Assembly: GCF_009914755.1 (NCBI RefSeq)
Contig: NC_060927.1
Strand: one strand, 5' to 3'
Length of the DNA: 64,000 nt
From: the human T2T-CHM13v2.0 reference genome, Homo sapiens
Every line of letters starts with the position of its first letter. The stretch's first letter is position 1. Below, piece by piece: positions 1-13,849 of this stretch. The notes under the pieces were generated by a model. The model searched no databases. It worked only from the letters and a program-made list of their open reading frames with translations, and had not been told where the DNA came from. The translations under genes and the position numbers were made by a program.

Positions 1-229
1 ACCCTTATATCTTCTTTTTTTCATTGGATGCTACTGTTCTTTCTCTGGTTTCTATAAGTAAAAACCAAATAAATAAAAAACCTTTTCATTCCTTCCTTTC
101 TTTCCTCCTCTCAAAAATATGTCATTCATGCAAGATGAGGGCATAGTAAAAATATAAATAAACAAAAGAAAGAAATATGTCTTGACTCTATCCACTCCAT
201 CTCCAGTCAGCTCTAACCCAGCCATTTTT

Positions 230-650
230 CATGGAGACTAATGCAATACTCTACCCCTATAATCAACTTCTTCTACCCTCAACCCTTTACAATCTTTCCC
301 TCAGCAGCCAGAGTGCTATTTTGAAAAGCGTCTATAAGATTGTGTATCTCCCCTATTTAAAAATCTTTGATAGCATCCCATTCCACGTAGAATCAAAACC
401 AAACTTAATACAAGGCCTAAGAAATCCTACATTATCCAGGCTTTGCCTCCTTTTCTAGTTTCTGCTTAACAACCATGCGCCTCTTGGTCACCAAGTCTGT
501 TGGCCTCTTTTTAGTTTTTAAAACACATAAAACATGTTCACACTTCAAGGCCTTTGCATGTGTTGCTCCCTGTGCACAGAATACTCTTTCTCTGGCTCTT
601 TACTTGAGAAGCCTTTCCATCTGAGTGGTGTCCAAGTCACTCTCTAACAC
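230..650 (+). mobile_element. L2 LINE fragment
   Basis: CAGCCAGAGTG...TCAAGGCCTTTGCATGTGTTGCTCCC. Confidence 0.6.
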
Positions 651-3029
651 ATCACACTTTTTTTTTTTTTTATCTTTTTGGGATGCTCTCAATCTGATTT
701 TTTTTAAAAAGTATTTACTTTTCAATATTCTGGTCACTGCCTATCTCTTCAAGCTTTAAAACCCACCCCTCTTCACATCCCAGACTCTATTGCAATTGTG
801 TTATTTCATGGAATGGTCCATATTATTTCATCCTTTCTCTCTTTCTAAACACTGTTCCTTTTGTCTGTAATGTCTTCCTTCCTCTCCTTTTCTACATGAC
901 ACATTTCCTGTTTATTTCCGTGATAATAAACAGGAAATATGTGGCTGCAGTTATTTTCTTCTTTATGGAGACTCTCTGATCCTCCAGCCTAATACAATTA
1001 TTCTTCGTTTTGTGCCTTATGTCTAGTACATACCTGTATTACAACATTCAATAGACTTTATTATACGTATTCATGTATATGTCTATCTCTTTTGCTATAC
1101 CAGGAGCTCCTTTCAGGTAGGAGTTATGTCCATGTATAGATCTAGTTGAATGCTTTGCACACTATGGTTTCTCATTAAATTTGAGTTGAATAAGTGCAGC
1201 CTATAAAATGAACAAATACCAGTGTCCAGTGAGTAGTATGAGATGGCAAAATTTGGTTAGGACTAAGGCAAAGGTTGGCCAGCTTACAATGATCAGTCAT
1301 GGAAACTGTTCACTTCTGGCACAGTCCATAATTGGGCAGCTAATAGATATTTCACACAGAGCTAAGACCATACAGACTTGGATTTCACCCAAGTGATACC
1401 AGCTGGTTGCTTCAGCAAATAATGGTCACCATTTTATAGAGAGATACTTTAGTATAGTCAGAAAGATAGCCGTCCTTGACACTATAAACTTCTTAATATC
1501 TGGGCTAAGGATGAGTACTCACTGTAAAATATACAGCTATATCATTTTAGCCAATTATTCTGCTTCCTAAGCTTGGTGCTGAACAGTTAGCCTTTCCTCA
1601 CATTTAAAGCTTGTATCTTCTGGTACTCCTCCCACAGGAATCCTGGTGAGGTTTCAGATCTTCCCCTTTGTCAATAATATAATTTATAGTTACATGTACA
1701 CTGTCTCTTACCTTCTCTAGTTAAAAAACTATGTACAATAACGCTTAGTTGTTGCTATTTTTTCTTGTCCCCCTTTATTATGGGGGAAGTATCCATCTGT
1801 CTGATGTTATTCTATCTATCCCCAAACCAATAAACAAAGGAAAAATGCTAGTAGATTTTCCTAAAGGGAAATAAAACTACAAACGGCCAGAAAATCAATG
1901 ACTTCTCAACCCTAACTTATGTCTCCTACACACAAAAATATAATTCCTGGGGGACGGATCTGGGAAGGAATGGGCTTCCCCTTATAATTCTGGTGAGGGA
2001 AAAATATCTCCAATTAAATCTGTTCCCTTTGCAAGAATATTTAAGAGAATCAAGAAGGGAAAAGAATGGTCCATGAACATTAGGTAGCTAGATCTTTCTG
2101 AAGTGAAGCTAAATAACATAGAAATTAAATATACCTCTTTGGGGTCTAGATGGGAAACTTAAACACTCTCTTGGATTTATTTTTTTCAGGAAATGTTAGT
2201 CTAAGTTTCAAACTGGTAACTTGGAAAATAAACTTTGGAAATACATCTAACTTGTAGGTTGGGATAGTGTTCACTCAAAAATAAAATTTAGGAAGGACCA
2301 AAAGAATATAATTTTTCTGTTTAGAGAATGGATGATCATAAGGAAAGAAAGATGAAGTACACTTTAGCTGAAAAAATATGTCACTTTTTTTCCATTGTAC
2401 TTTAAAATTTTTAATTATGTCGAAGGTGAAGAAGATGCATGAGTAGTTTGGGTTGCCAAGAAAGCAGGTAAGACAGGCAAGTATTCAGTATTGAAGACAT
2501 TGATTTGGTGGGATATGGTAGAATTTTGAGAGACCCGCCAGTCATGGGTAAAACCACTTAGAGCCTTTTCTAGAAGATAATTCATTTGCTATTCCACTTA
2601 TCTGGTCATACATTCCTTTGCTTCCAGTTTTCACAGGCTTTACTATTAGGCTGTTTTCTCAACAAAACTATAGTTGACAGAGTGGAAAACCATTTCTACC
2701 TCAAAGCTCTGGACTCCTCAATTGATGTACACCCAGAGACACTGCAGTGTCAGTCCACTGTAAATTCAAATTGCCAGTAATTATACGACATTCCAAGAAT
2801 ACCCAACAAGTCTCCGTTACTCTGATTAAACCAAATTTCTTCCAAATTCTCTGGAACTAAGAAAGGGGTTTCCCTTGGATTCCAGTGAAGGGTCAAGAGG
2901 TCAGGTCTATGTTGGCACAAGAAAATGGGAGATTAGATTAAGAAATAATGACGTTTACCGGACACTCTCCCTATGTATGAGCTTTTATTACCACCTAACA
3001 ATAAAACTGGTACTATTTTCTCCACGTGA

Positions 3030-3311
<282 letters not shown>

Positions 3312-3479
3312 TGAAATGTTTTTTCCTCCATTCTACCAAACCACATTCTGCCTTCAAAAATTCTGTTGAAAAATCACCTTCTTCATAAAATCATTTTAAA
3401 CATTTCCTCATTCCCTATCTGGTTCCATATGGCACTCACTATAGTAACCTCCTTAGCAATTCCCCTTTTCTCATATTGT

Positions 3480-3653
3480 CTATGTGTGTGCGTGCACGTG
3501 TATGTGTGTACATACACACATAGGAGTTTGTGTGTGTGTGTGTATACATACACACATAGGGGTGTGCATATATATACACACAGACACTATATATATAGAG
3601 AGAGAGAGAAAGAGTGCATTTATATGTTTTGTGCATATATTATACATATATAT

Positions 3654-3700
<47 letters not shown>
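3480..3700. repeat. Compound TG/TA/GA microsatellite ending in (CA)22 at 3657-3700
   Basis: Directly visible. Confidence 0.95.
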
Positions 3701-3702
<2 letters not shown>

Positions 3703-5699
3703 GTGCTTTCCTGTTTCCCTAGAGACTGCTAAAAGGCTCATTACTGAGATTTCCTCTGTTTTCAATTTCACAAGGCACTATGCAATGCTTGCACATACTG
3801 GGTCCACAGTTAAAGCTACTAAATTTTTATTCAAGCTCCCAAGGAAAAGTTGTCACCTTCTTTGTCTTTATACCTGATGGTGATAATTATCATTGACTAG
3901 TAGAGCTAAAGAGAGCTTAGGAATTATCTAGTTTGTTTTTCTTTTATCTTGTATTTATTTAACCACAGCATCTTTTTGACCCAGATTGAAATATTTCTCA
4001 GAATCCAAGAATGTAAAACAGATAAAAAGATGTTCTTGCGGCTGAAGCAGAGTTTGGTGGCCCAGAGATCTGTCTAGTCCGCTCCCTCCTGTCTCCTCTG
4101 AAACCCCCTGTTGAAGCCTGGGGAGCAGATTTTGAAACACTGATCTACAGCCAGTCCTTCATGGTGCAGATGTTAGGAGGTTTTATGCTCAAGGCCATTC
4201 AACTCGAAAGGGCTAAGATGGAATTTCTTCCCATGTCAGTGCTACTCTTTTCAGAGGGGTGAAAGAAGACCATACTCCCAATTTCTAGATGTATATATGC
4301 CTAAATTTTCTAAAGTTAACTCAGCATTTATGTGATTCAGGAGTAAACAGGGCTCTTTTACAAATGAAGACTTAGAAGTTATTTTTTTGTTTTCCACCTT
4401 TTGACTCTTACTCATCTTATTTTTCAATTAGGCTTTATCATCAAGACCAATTTTAGACACAATATCTCCTCTAATATTATATTACAATCCTTTATTCATT
4501 CAAAAAACATTTATTAATAATCTACCATGAGCCAAGAACTATGCTGGGTACTGGAAATACAGAATTTTTTTTTTTTTTTAAAGAAACACTCTTTACCCTA
4601 AATTAGCTCATAGTATAGTGTGGTAGACATATGTGTGTCGATTTAAAAGTCTGTATTCTAGAATGTGCTCTTAAATAATTTTACTTAATCTCAGGTAGTA
4701 TTTTCCTAATTGTTCAAGAATATTTCCCAGTATAGGCTTACACTAATGTTTCTTCTTGTATAGATGTGACTATCAACAAGCCTTGGAGGTTTGGGGGATA
4801 AATTTTGTAAATAACAGAACATCCATAGATCTAAAGACTTAAGTACCACAACTCCAAAAGATTTTTAAGAATTAAATGTTAATATTTATAACTATGCCTG
4901 CCACATAGTAAGCACTTAACATTAGTTATTACTTGTTATTGTTGATGCTGTTGTTGATAATGATATTTTATCTACATTAAGTGAGTCATATACCTAAATA
5001 GCTTTTTGTGGTGATTCTTAAAGGACTAGTTTCTGGATTTTAGGGGTATATGTGTGTGTTTGTGTGAATGTATGCATACACATCTGAAGTTCAATGAAAA
5101 TACAATTGATTAACTGAGAAATGAGTTATGAATGCCACTGACTTAAACTTTGCATGTCCTATGCTCTCAACACTCTTTAATGCTAATATACATTGTTTCT
5201 TGCAGTCTTGGAACTCAGAGGTGTAATTAGCCTTATCTTACAGATGTGGCTAATAAAGGTTGAATAAAAATTTCAGGCTGCCTCTACTTAGAAACCAGAG
5301 AGGCTCATCATTTGCAAGGAGCTGAAATGTAGACATCTCAATACCTAGACTCAGTCACTTTTTATCTTCAAGGAATGACGTAAAGATGCAATGGCAATTA
5401 CAAATTATCCTCAGTGATGGTGGTATCCACGGTCTGTGGCTATGGTATCTACAGACCCATGCTCTAATCAGTTGGTGGTTTTGCCTTGACTGTGTTTCCT
5501 GGGTCCACTTTCACTTGGTTGCTGCCTAATTTTTGAGCCTGTTTCTCTAGCCTTGCCATTAATACTGTGAGCTCTCTGATATTATCCTAATCCATTTCAG
5601 GTTCTATTGCTTGCACTGAAAAATCTTACTGATGTAACCCTGTAGTCAGAAATCAGGAGCAAGCTGCTAATATTTTTCACCTGGATTATTGAAATAGCC

Positions 5700-6075
5700 T
5701 GGGAGATTTGCACTCACTGTTCTGTCTGCCTAAAATACTTTGTTGCAACATATTCACGAGTAGCTTCCTTACCTCTTCAGGATTCTACTCAAACTCACCT
5801 GTTTACATCTTATCAAGGAGTTCTCTCATTACCCTATGTAAAATGGCACCCCACCCTAACACTCCTTATCTGTCCCCTTTTGTTCTCTTTCATTTTATTT
5901 TCTCCAGCCCTTGTATCTACTCAAGATACTTATTACAATCTGCTGGCACCAGTGGTATGTAAACTCCATGAGGGCTCCGTTACTCTTTTGGTGACTTATA
6001 TTTCCTGGAACCTAGTACAGTGCCTGGTACATATGAGGTACTCAACAAATATTTATTGAATGAATATATGAATGC
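5700..6075 (+). mobile_element. L2 3' end
   Basis: AAACTCCATGAGGGC...CAGTGCCTGGTACATA...AAATATTTATTGAATGAAT. Confidence 0.7.
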
Positions 6076-9000
6076 ACTTAAATTATATTCAGAAGTAATA
6101 ATAAGCTAAACACGTGCTACAGCTAATGCATCCATTTCCACCTGCCTCCACTTCCTTCCTGATTGCTTTTCCTTAATCTGAACCAGCAGTAACCCATATA
6201 TTTCTTTCAACCTAGCTGTCAGTCTAAGGTATGTGATGCAGCGGATTTCCCAAGAGTGATGAAAGAAGAATTTGGTCCTGCTCACCACTACAAAATGCCT
6301 ATTTATTTCTCCTTTTATATTTTAATTGTTTAAATATTTGGGGAGGATTGTCCTGCTGTGGTAAATTTATACTCATTAAATTGTCAAGTGTAACTGTATT
6401 ATTTATTTATTTATTGCAGGCACTGTAGGGGAAATGCTTGCTTTGCCACTGGCACCATGTGGCTTTGAGTGATTATTGTATTTTACCTGATAGTTTTTGG
6501 ACAGGACTATCAGGGTGATGAATGGGTGAGAGTGGGAGGAGTTCAAACACTGGTTGATAAAAGGATAACAAACCTGTAGCAATAAGTCAGTCACCGTGAA
6601 GCATTCTAAGCACTGAATAAGACAGAGCATCCATTCCACACCCTATTTCCATTCCCAGTTAATCTTCAAAGAGTCAACATGGCAAAAACATTCCAAGATA
6701 AAAATAGCAAGATCTTCTAGAAAAGATTTAAGTTTCAAGGCAAAAAGAAAAATCCTTTATGGTTACTGAGTATGCTGTGAATCCACATAGTTGTGGTTGT
6801 AGCTAAAATGCTGCATATTTCTTTTCTCAGCATCAGTGATTTATAAATAGAGAAATTTTTAAAAATGAATCTCTGAAAATATTCCAGAAGAAAATTTGAT
6901 TTGTGGGAATTGAAGGATAAAATGTATAATGGCAAGTGGCACAATGTCAGACACTGGGTTCTGTGCTTATAACCTGATCTCAAATCAAAACCCAATGCCC
7001 CTGGCATTCTCAAAGCTGGATCATCAGAGGTTTCATTTCGGATAGAAGTGAGGTCATAGCTCTGCTAATGTAAGGTAACTTCAGCATGTCTGAATCCATC
7101 TAACAGTCTTGTTGAGGCAGGGAGCCTAAAGAAGCTATTCAATCTTTTATCTTTCTCCAGGGAGAAACAACTTTAAAATGTACGTATTGTTGGCCCCTAT
7201 ATCATTTTTGTTTATCAATAGATCATCTATTGCTTTCATGGTATCTCAAGAGTTAGAAGAAATTTAGAAGGCATCTTATCTATGAGTTATTCATTTATTC
7301 ATTAGGAAATCTTTATTTAGTCCCACTATAAATTAAAGGATATAGGGTAAATATATGAATCAGATATGTCTATTCCCTTTACAGGATTCATTAATTATTT
7401 TCCGTGACATCCTTGCTAGGTTGGAGTTCAGGCTTTGGTGCAGTATCTCCAATATTTTTTGTGTTGATGCTACTCATTTAATACAATACTCCTCAAGTGA
7501 GTGAAAGCAAATTAGCCTTCACTTGAAGTAGTGAGGCCCAACCAACTCTTCTTTACCCCTCATTATTCAAAAAGTCAGATGTAGAGACCAAAGAAGGATC
7601 AGAGTGGAAGTGCTGAACAGTTAACTTAGTGAACTCTTTCACCTTATCTTCTTGTTTTGGCTTCTGTCAAACTTCATTGTACCTGGTCATTCTCTATGCT
7701 TATCCAGAGATGGAAGCAAAATACTAAAATTTCATATTTGTAACCTAGTAAATACTAGTATCTTGGTGGAAAAAAACCCAAAAATGATCTAAAAGTCCCC
7801 AAACCCCTTAATATATTTTAGAACACTCTTTCTATTGAATGAAAACTTAACTCAGTTTAGTTTTGTTTGCATACACAAATCAAGCATTGGAATAAATCTT
7901 AAGAGTTAAAATGAAATAACTATATTTGTAAAATGCTTAGAAATATCCCCAGAAAAATATTTCTTAAGGCTCTTCATCATTGGCTGTGGCAAGATGGAAG
8001 GCATTTCAAGGTCTCACAAAATAAAAAGTAAAGTAGCATGCAAACATATGCAGACACAAAACTCTTAACTCCGGAATTTTAGGGATTTTTTAGATTTCTA
8101 GTTTGGGTTTAAGATAATGGTCAATTGTCACTTATTAGAACTTTGATTTAGTAATAATTTTAAAAAATTAAGTGTTGGACTAAGTTTTAAAATTTAAAAT
8201 ATACTCCTATAACTAAACCATATTGGATTATGCCTCTTGCCAAGATTATTCTTAAACCATGATCTAAGAATCTCCTATTATTCTTTCACTGTCAGGATCC
8301 AGAAACTCAGTGCCAAGGGTAAGTCAGCCTTAGATAAACAGATTGTCTGGCCTAGGCCACCAATCTGTCCAACATTTGTGACCTATAAAGATTTTTTTTT
8401 CCTGCAAGCAACTCTGCCTATGCCAACTGTTTATATGCACAGTGGAAACTTCCAAAGCTGTCATTTCCTAGGTTTGCTTTGCTTATACAACTAATTACTA
8501 CTGTGCTAGAAATTTTTTTCTATTTATTGGATCCCAGAAAGGCTCAATTAACCAGTGCCTTTTGGTCAAGGATAGTAGCTGAAGAATAAGACCTCAAGAT
8601 TATAGCATTTAAACTTTGCACGGTTCATCTTGTTGATATGGCAAGGATTCAGGGATAATTGCCTAATAGGCAATATTGCCTAACAGGATAGGTGGGGGTT
8701 CAGAAGGGCTCTAATGAAAGAGAAAAAGAGAGAGAACTTCAAATCATACTGAAGAAATAGAGGAAAGCAGAAGTAACCTGAGACAAAAGAGGGAAAGCCC
8801 TTCGGATATCTTGAATTAAATATAAACCCTCAGAAATATTTACAGTGCTCTAAGTTAGTAGATTGTCATTTCTTATGGAGAAGACATAATTAGAATGGAC
8901 CCCAACCACAAGAGACCTCTCTATTAAGACTCATTTGCGATTTGGTACCATATTGCAAATGAGTCTTAATATAAAAGATGTGTCAGAAACCCTCTTCTCA

Positions 9001-9150
9001 CTTCACTTTATATATTAAGTATCTCTTTTCAGGAAACCAAACAACCAACATGTATTTCCTGAACCCCTACAATGAACCAAAGTCTATTAGAGGTAGTATG
9101 GGACATTGTGATGGGGGCAGAGGGATACAAAACCCCACCAACAAGGAGGG

Positions 9151-9538
9151 TGCTATGATTTGAATGTTAGTTCCCCTCACATTTCCTCTGTTGAAATCCT
9201 CATCTGAGGATTACATCTGGGATTACTATCACTGAGATAGTATTAGGAGGTGGGGCCTTTGGAAGGTGATTAGGTCATGAGAGTGAAGCCCTCATGAATG
9301 GGATTAGTGCCCTTTTAAAGAGACCCCATAGAGCTTCCTTGACCCTTCTGCCATGTGAGAACATGAGAAGGCTCGGTCTATTATACAGAAGGCAGGCCCT
9401 CACTAGACACCAAATCTGCCAGCACTTTGATCTTGGACTTCCCATCCTCTGGAATGGTGAGAAATAAATTTCTCTTGTTAACTACAGTTAACCAGTTTAT
9501 GTTTATTTTGTTTTCTAATAGCAGTGGGAACTAAAACA
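9151..9538 (+). mobile_element. MaLR solo LTR (MLT1A-like)
   Basis: TG...CA ends, TGCTATGATTTGAATG start, GGATTAGTGCCCTT, TTGGACTTCCCA...GAAATAAATTTCT. Confidence 0.8.
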
Positions 9539-9559
9539 GAGAAGAAAGAAGGTTGATAT

Positions 9560-9876
9560 TTAAGAAATATGTACAAATTAAGGAATAACCCTCACAAAAA
9601 TAACAAAACAAGGCAGTTTGTAATTAAAATATACAAGTACTATAAGAGCTCAGGATTCACAGGAGGAGGCAAGGGAAACTGAAAGCTTTAAAAAGGGAAA
9701 AAACTAGGAGAGTGCCCAGTATGAAGGGAGAGTAGAAGGCATTCCAGAGAAGTGGGATAACATGGGGCATGGTCATGGAGCCTTGAGGGGACGATCCTAA
9801 AAAATAGTGGAGAGTGTTTGATGGTAAGAATTAGGGGGGAGGGAAAATGAGCCTGTAAGATAAACCATAGCCAACA

Positions 9877-9909
<33 letters not shown>

Positions 9910-11800
9910 ACAAAAAAAAAAAAAAACGGCCTGATAGGGCAAGAACTTTGTGCCATTAGCAGCTTTTGGCTAGGGGAGCAAAGTGATGTAAAAAGCATTT
10001 ATGGCACCTATGCATGCAGGATTGCATGGAAGACTGGAGGCAGGAAGCAAGTTAAGAGGTTATTGTTTGAAACACGTATATAGAAGAGAAAATAAAACCA
10101 TGGACTAGAGTGTTCATAATTGAAATTTAAATGTAAAATGAATTGCAGACTTTTTGAAGAAAAATGGGTCATTTTCAGTGCCTATGACACATGAAGAAAA
10201 GTCTCTGCCAATACATGTGGTCCATGATCCTTTCAATTTGGCTAACCAGTTGTTTTGTAGTCTAGGCTGTATGATAGTGTGACAAGGCTCGTCATGGAAG
10301 TAGTCCTTCTTTTACGCAATACTGTGGGCCCTTCTGCAGATCTACTTGCATTCCATTTTTATTTCCCTAATTCTTGGACTGCTGGCTGTATACCTCAACC
10401 TTCTTTTCTGCTTCTGACTCCTTCAGGTAGACCCTATCTGATATGCTGTCCTCGCCTCTGAGACTGGGACTCCTCTGTCCACTGGGCTCTTTGTCCTGCT
10501 CTGTTCTCTAGCTTTGGACACCATCTTCAGCATTGAACTCCATTGTCCTATTTCAAACCCACTGCACCCTATAAGCCAGGAGAATCCCCCTAACTTGCCC
10601 TATGATGTGTGGAGAAATAAATATGATTATAAGATTTCTAGCTTAGATTTACTGGAATGGATGGGCTATTGGCAGAACTGATAAAAGGAAGAACTGATTT
10701 GGTGAGGAAGACAATGATTTTTATTTCCAGCATGGCCAGCATGAGGAAAACATCCAGAAAGAAATCACTAATTGAAGGTCCAGAAGTGGAGGCAGAGGGT
10801 ACAGGGGGCACATGACTCAAAGGCTGATTGAGAGCTTATTCATCTTCGTGGCATTAGTTGAGGAAGGGTTAGAAAGAAAAGAGCTAAGAGAAGGGCTTAC
10901 TCACCCTTCAATGGCAGAAGATACTTCATTCAGAGAAAAAGAAAGAGCAGTTAGTAAAAGCATATGGGATCAGGGAAGCCAACAAAAAGAAAGCTCTAAA
11001 ATAAATGGTCAGTACTATTAAATCAGAGTGATTAAGAAGGATGACAATGGAGAATAGACCATTGAATATAGGAATAAAGAGACCATTGATAATCTCTGAG
11101 TGGGTAGTTTAGTTGAGTAGTGAGGATGAAAGCCAGAGTTTAAAGGCTTAGAAGAAGGTTGAAGTAGAAGAAATACAGATAACTGGCATAGACCACAAAT
11201 CTAGAAATTTGGTATTCCTCTCAGTCAATTCCTGCTACTACAAAAAAAAATCACAGATTGGTTATTAGTAACAGAAATTTATTTCTCACAGTTCTGTACG
11301 CTGATCCAGGCACCAACAGGTTTGGTGTCTAGTAAAGGCCTGGTCTCTGTCTCCAAGATGGTGCTTTACTGTTGCATCCTCACATGGCAGAAGGGCAACA
11401 AGGAATAAATTCACTTTCTCAAGCCTTTTTATGAGGACATTTGCTGAGACCTCTTGACCTAATCACCTCCGAAAGGCCCCACCTCTTAATACTATTGCAT
11501 TAGGGATTAAGTTTCAACTTGAATTTTGAAAAGACACAAACATTCAAACCATAACAGTGTCGAATGGAGAAAGAGAAATGAGATTGTAATAAAAAGATGC
11601 TATTTTTCAAGGTAGGGAGAAACCTGTTTTAAAGTAGAGGGAATAATAGAGAAGGGAAGACTGAAAGGGTAACAGAAGAAATCAATGTGACAGTAAAGAA
11701 GGGATAAGTTCAAATGTTTAGATCTCAGCAGAGTTCCTTATGGAGAAATGATACAGCTTTGAAACAGAAAGGAAAAAGAAGAGGACAAGAAATGTATTGA
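9560..11800 (-). mobile_element. Fragmented L2, interrupted by other elements
   Basis: Purine-rich degenerate L2-like antisense blocks, e.g. GGAGGCAGGAAG...TTAAGAGGTTATTG. Confidence 0.4.
11215..11556 (-). mobile_element. MaLR solo LTR (MLT1A/MSTD-like)
   Basis: AGAAATTTATTTCTCACAGTTCTG...CCTAATCACCTCC...CATTCAAACCATAACA. Confidence 0.8.
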
Positions 11801-11850
11801 AATGGGATGGTTTATATTCAGGGGATCCTGTCAAAATCCTGAATTTTGAT

Positions 11851-12015
11851 GCTGCATGTGATGATTCCCACCTTTAATCCCAGCTACTCAGTAGGGTGAA
11901 GCAGGAGAATTGCTTGAGGCCAGGAGTTCAAGACCAGTCTGAGCAATATAGTGAGACCCTGTCTCTAAAAAAAAAAAAAAAGAAAGAAAGAAAGAAAGAA
12001 AAAGAAAAGAAAAGA
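11851..12015 (+). mobile_element. FLAM/FAM Alu monomer with A/GAAA tail
   Basis: GGCCAGGAGTTCAAGACCAG...GTGAGACCCTGTCTCT(A)n; AAAATCCTGAA on both flanks. Confidence 0.85.
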
Positions 12016-12139
12016 AAATCCTGAAACCCTGAAACCCTCCCCTCTTTTTTCCCTCAGTGAAGAACTTTGGCTGGCTGTTCAGAGGAAAAATGGGAAAGAA
12101 AAACCTTCAGGGGAGTTTACTAACTGACAGGAATGAATT

Positions 12140-12290
12140 AGACAGCACTTTCCCAAGTGTTCTATGGATCACCTGACATAGTGTCACCTGGAGAAGGTTT
12201 TTAAAATGATCTCTGGAGGAGACACTTCATTCACAAGCTCCTCAGATGATTATGATGCTTGCAAACGTCCAGGAGTGAGTGCCTTGTTGG
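12140..12290. mobile_element. MER5-like hAT relic
   Basis: TCACCTGGAGA...CACAAGCTCCTCAGATGATT pattern. Confidence 0.5.
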
Positions 12291-13006
12291 AGGTGGATCC
12301 ATCTTGAAAACACTGACTAATTTAGGAACCTAGCAGGAAGCTACATTGTCTCTCATCCTGTGGTTATTTTTCTCTTCACATCCCTCACAGGGCTCCCTTC
12401 GCTGGGTGTATTTCTATGGTAAAGAGTGCAACTCATCCCAGCATACACCGGCATAAGCTCTTGGTTAGGTCCAAAATATCAGCGAGGGCATTATAGTATA
12501 TCCACAACCCAAAAGAAAACCTCAGTACTGATTATGTGCACACATGAAGTTTCAGAAGAATGTAAACGATGTATTTTTTCTACTGAATTACCTTTCAGTC
12601 CATTAAGAGTTTATTTCGGGTAGCCATCTGGGATCCCCCTCTCTCTGTGAGCCCCCTTTCTTTTCTCTTTCCCTCCCATACCATCTCCTATTTCTCTGTT
12701 CCTCCTTCTCCCCATTCCCACTTCCATCCTTGACTTGAAGTGGGACATTAGATCTTTATGGTTCTTATGGCATTGCACTGAGCTCTACTCTAGAGACTCA
12801 GCACTAGAATCTGCACATGTGGAAGATCCACAGGTGCTTTCTTGCTAACCTAATCATCTCTAATAGCATAACTTTGATATATAACTATAATTTTTAAAAT
12901 CATACTCTAGTCTTTTAAAATCATACTCTAGTCTTTTCTTACTCTAGTCTTACTCCTTCTAAAAATTAAAGGGGAAGGAAAAAGTGTGTGGAGGAAAGTA
13001 AAATCT

Positions 13007-13330
<324 letters not shown>

Positions 13331-13849
13331 TCACACTGAGAAACCTTTTATTATTTGGAACCCATATGCCAACAGGCCCTCAGTAAATGAAGCATGGTCA
13401 GTGGAGGTGGGGTTCTGCAACATTATGAGTTTCTTGCTAAATGAAGTCAAGTCTCTCTTCCTCTTTCTCTCACACACACACATCCATGCACACTCTGCAC
13501 ATACGGAAGACCTGTTGTTTGAAAAGTTAAGTTAGTGTTTGAAAAGTATATCATTTGTTTTTAATTTGTTGCATGAATTTTTGTGTTCATTTGGCAAGAT
13601 AAATTTTACTACCAGTTATCTAGATGAGAGGGAGTCAACTTTGAACCCTCATTTGATGCCTAACCTCGGCATCAAGAGAAAAAATCTATCCTAAACTCAG
13701 TTCATATGTACATTTCTATATTTTTCTTTTCTCTTGCTGCATTCCATTTTATTTACCAACACAGAAGCAGAAGGTTGTAGTTTCTCTATTTCCTTTTTCT
13801 GATAAACACCTCAAAAGCATATAGTAATTTCCTCCATTTTTATCTGGCC

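Noticed and set aside
1565-1585. REST/RE1 half-site GGTGCTGAA
   Set aside because: No GGACAG half at a suitable spacing; no full RE1 found by eye in the window
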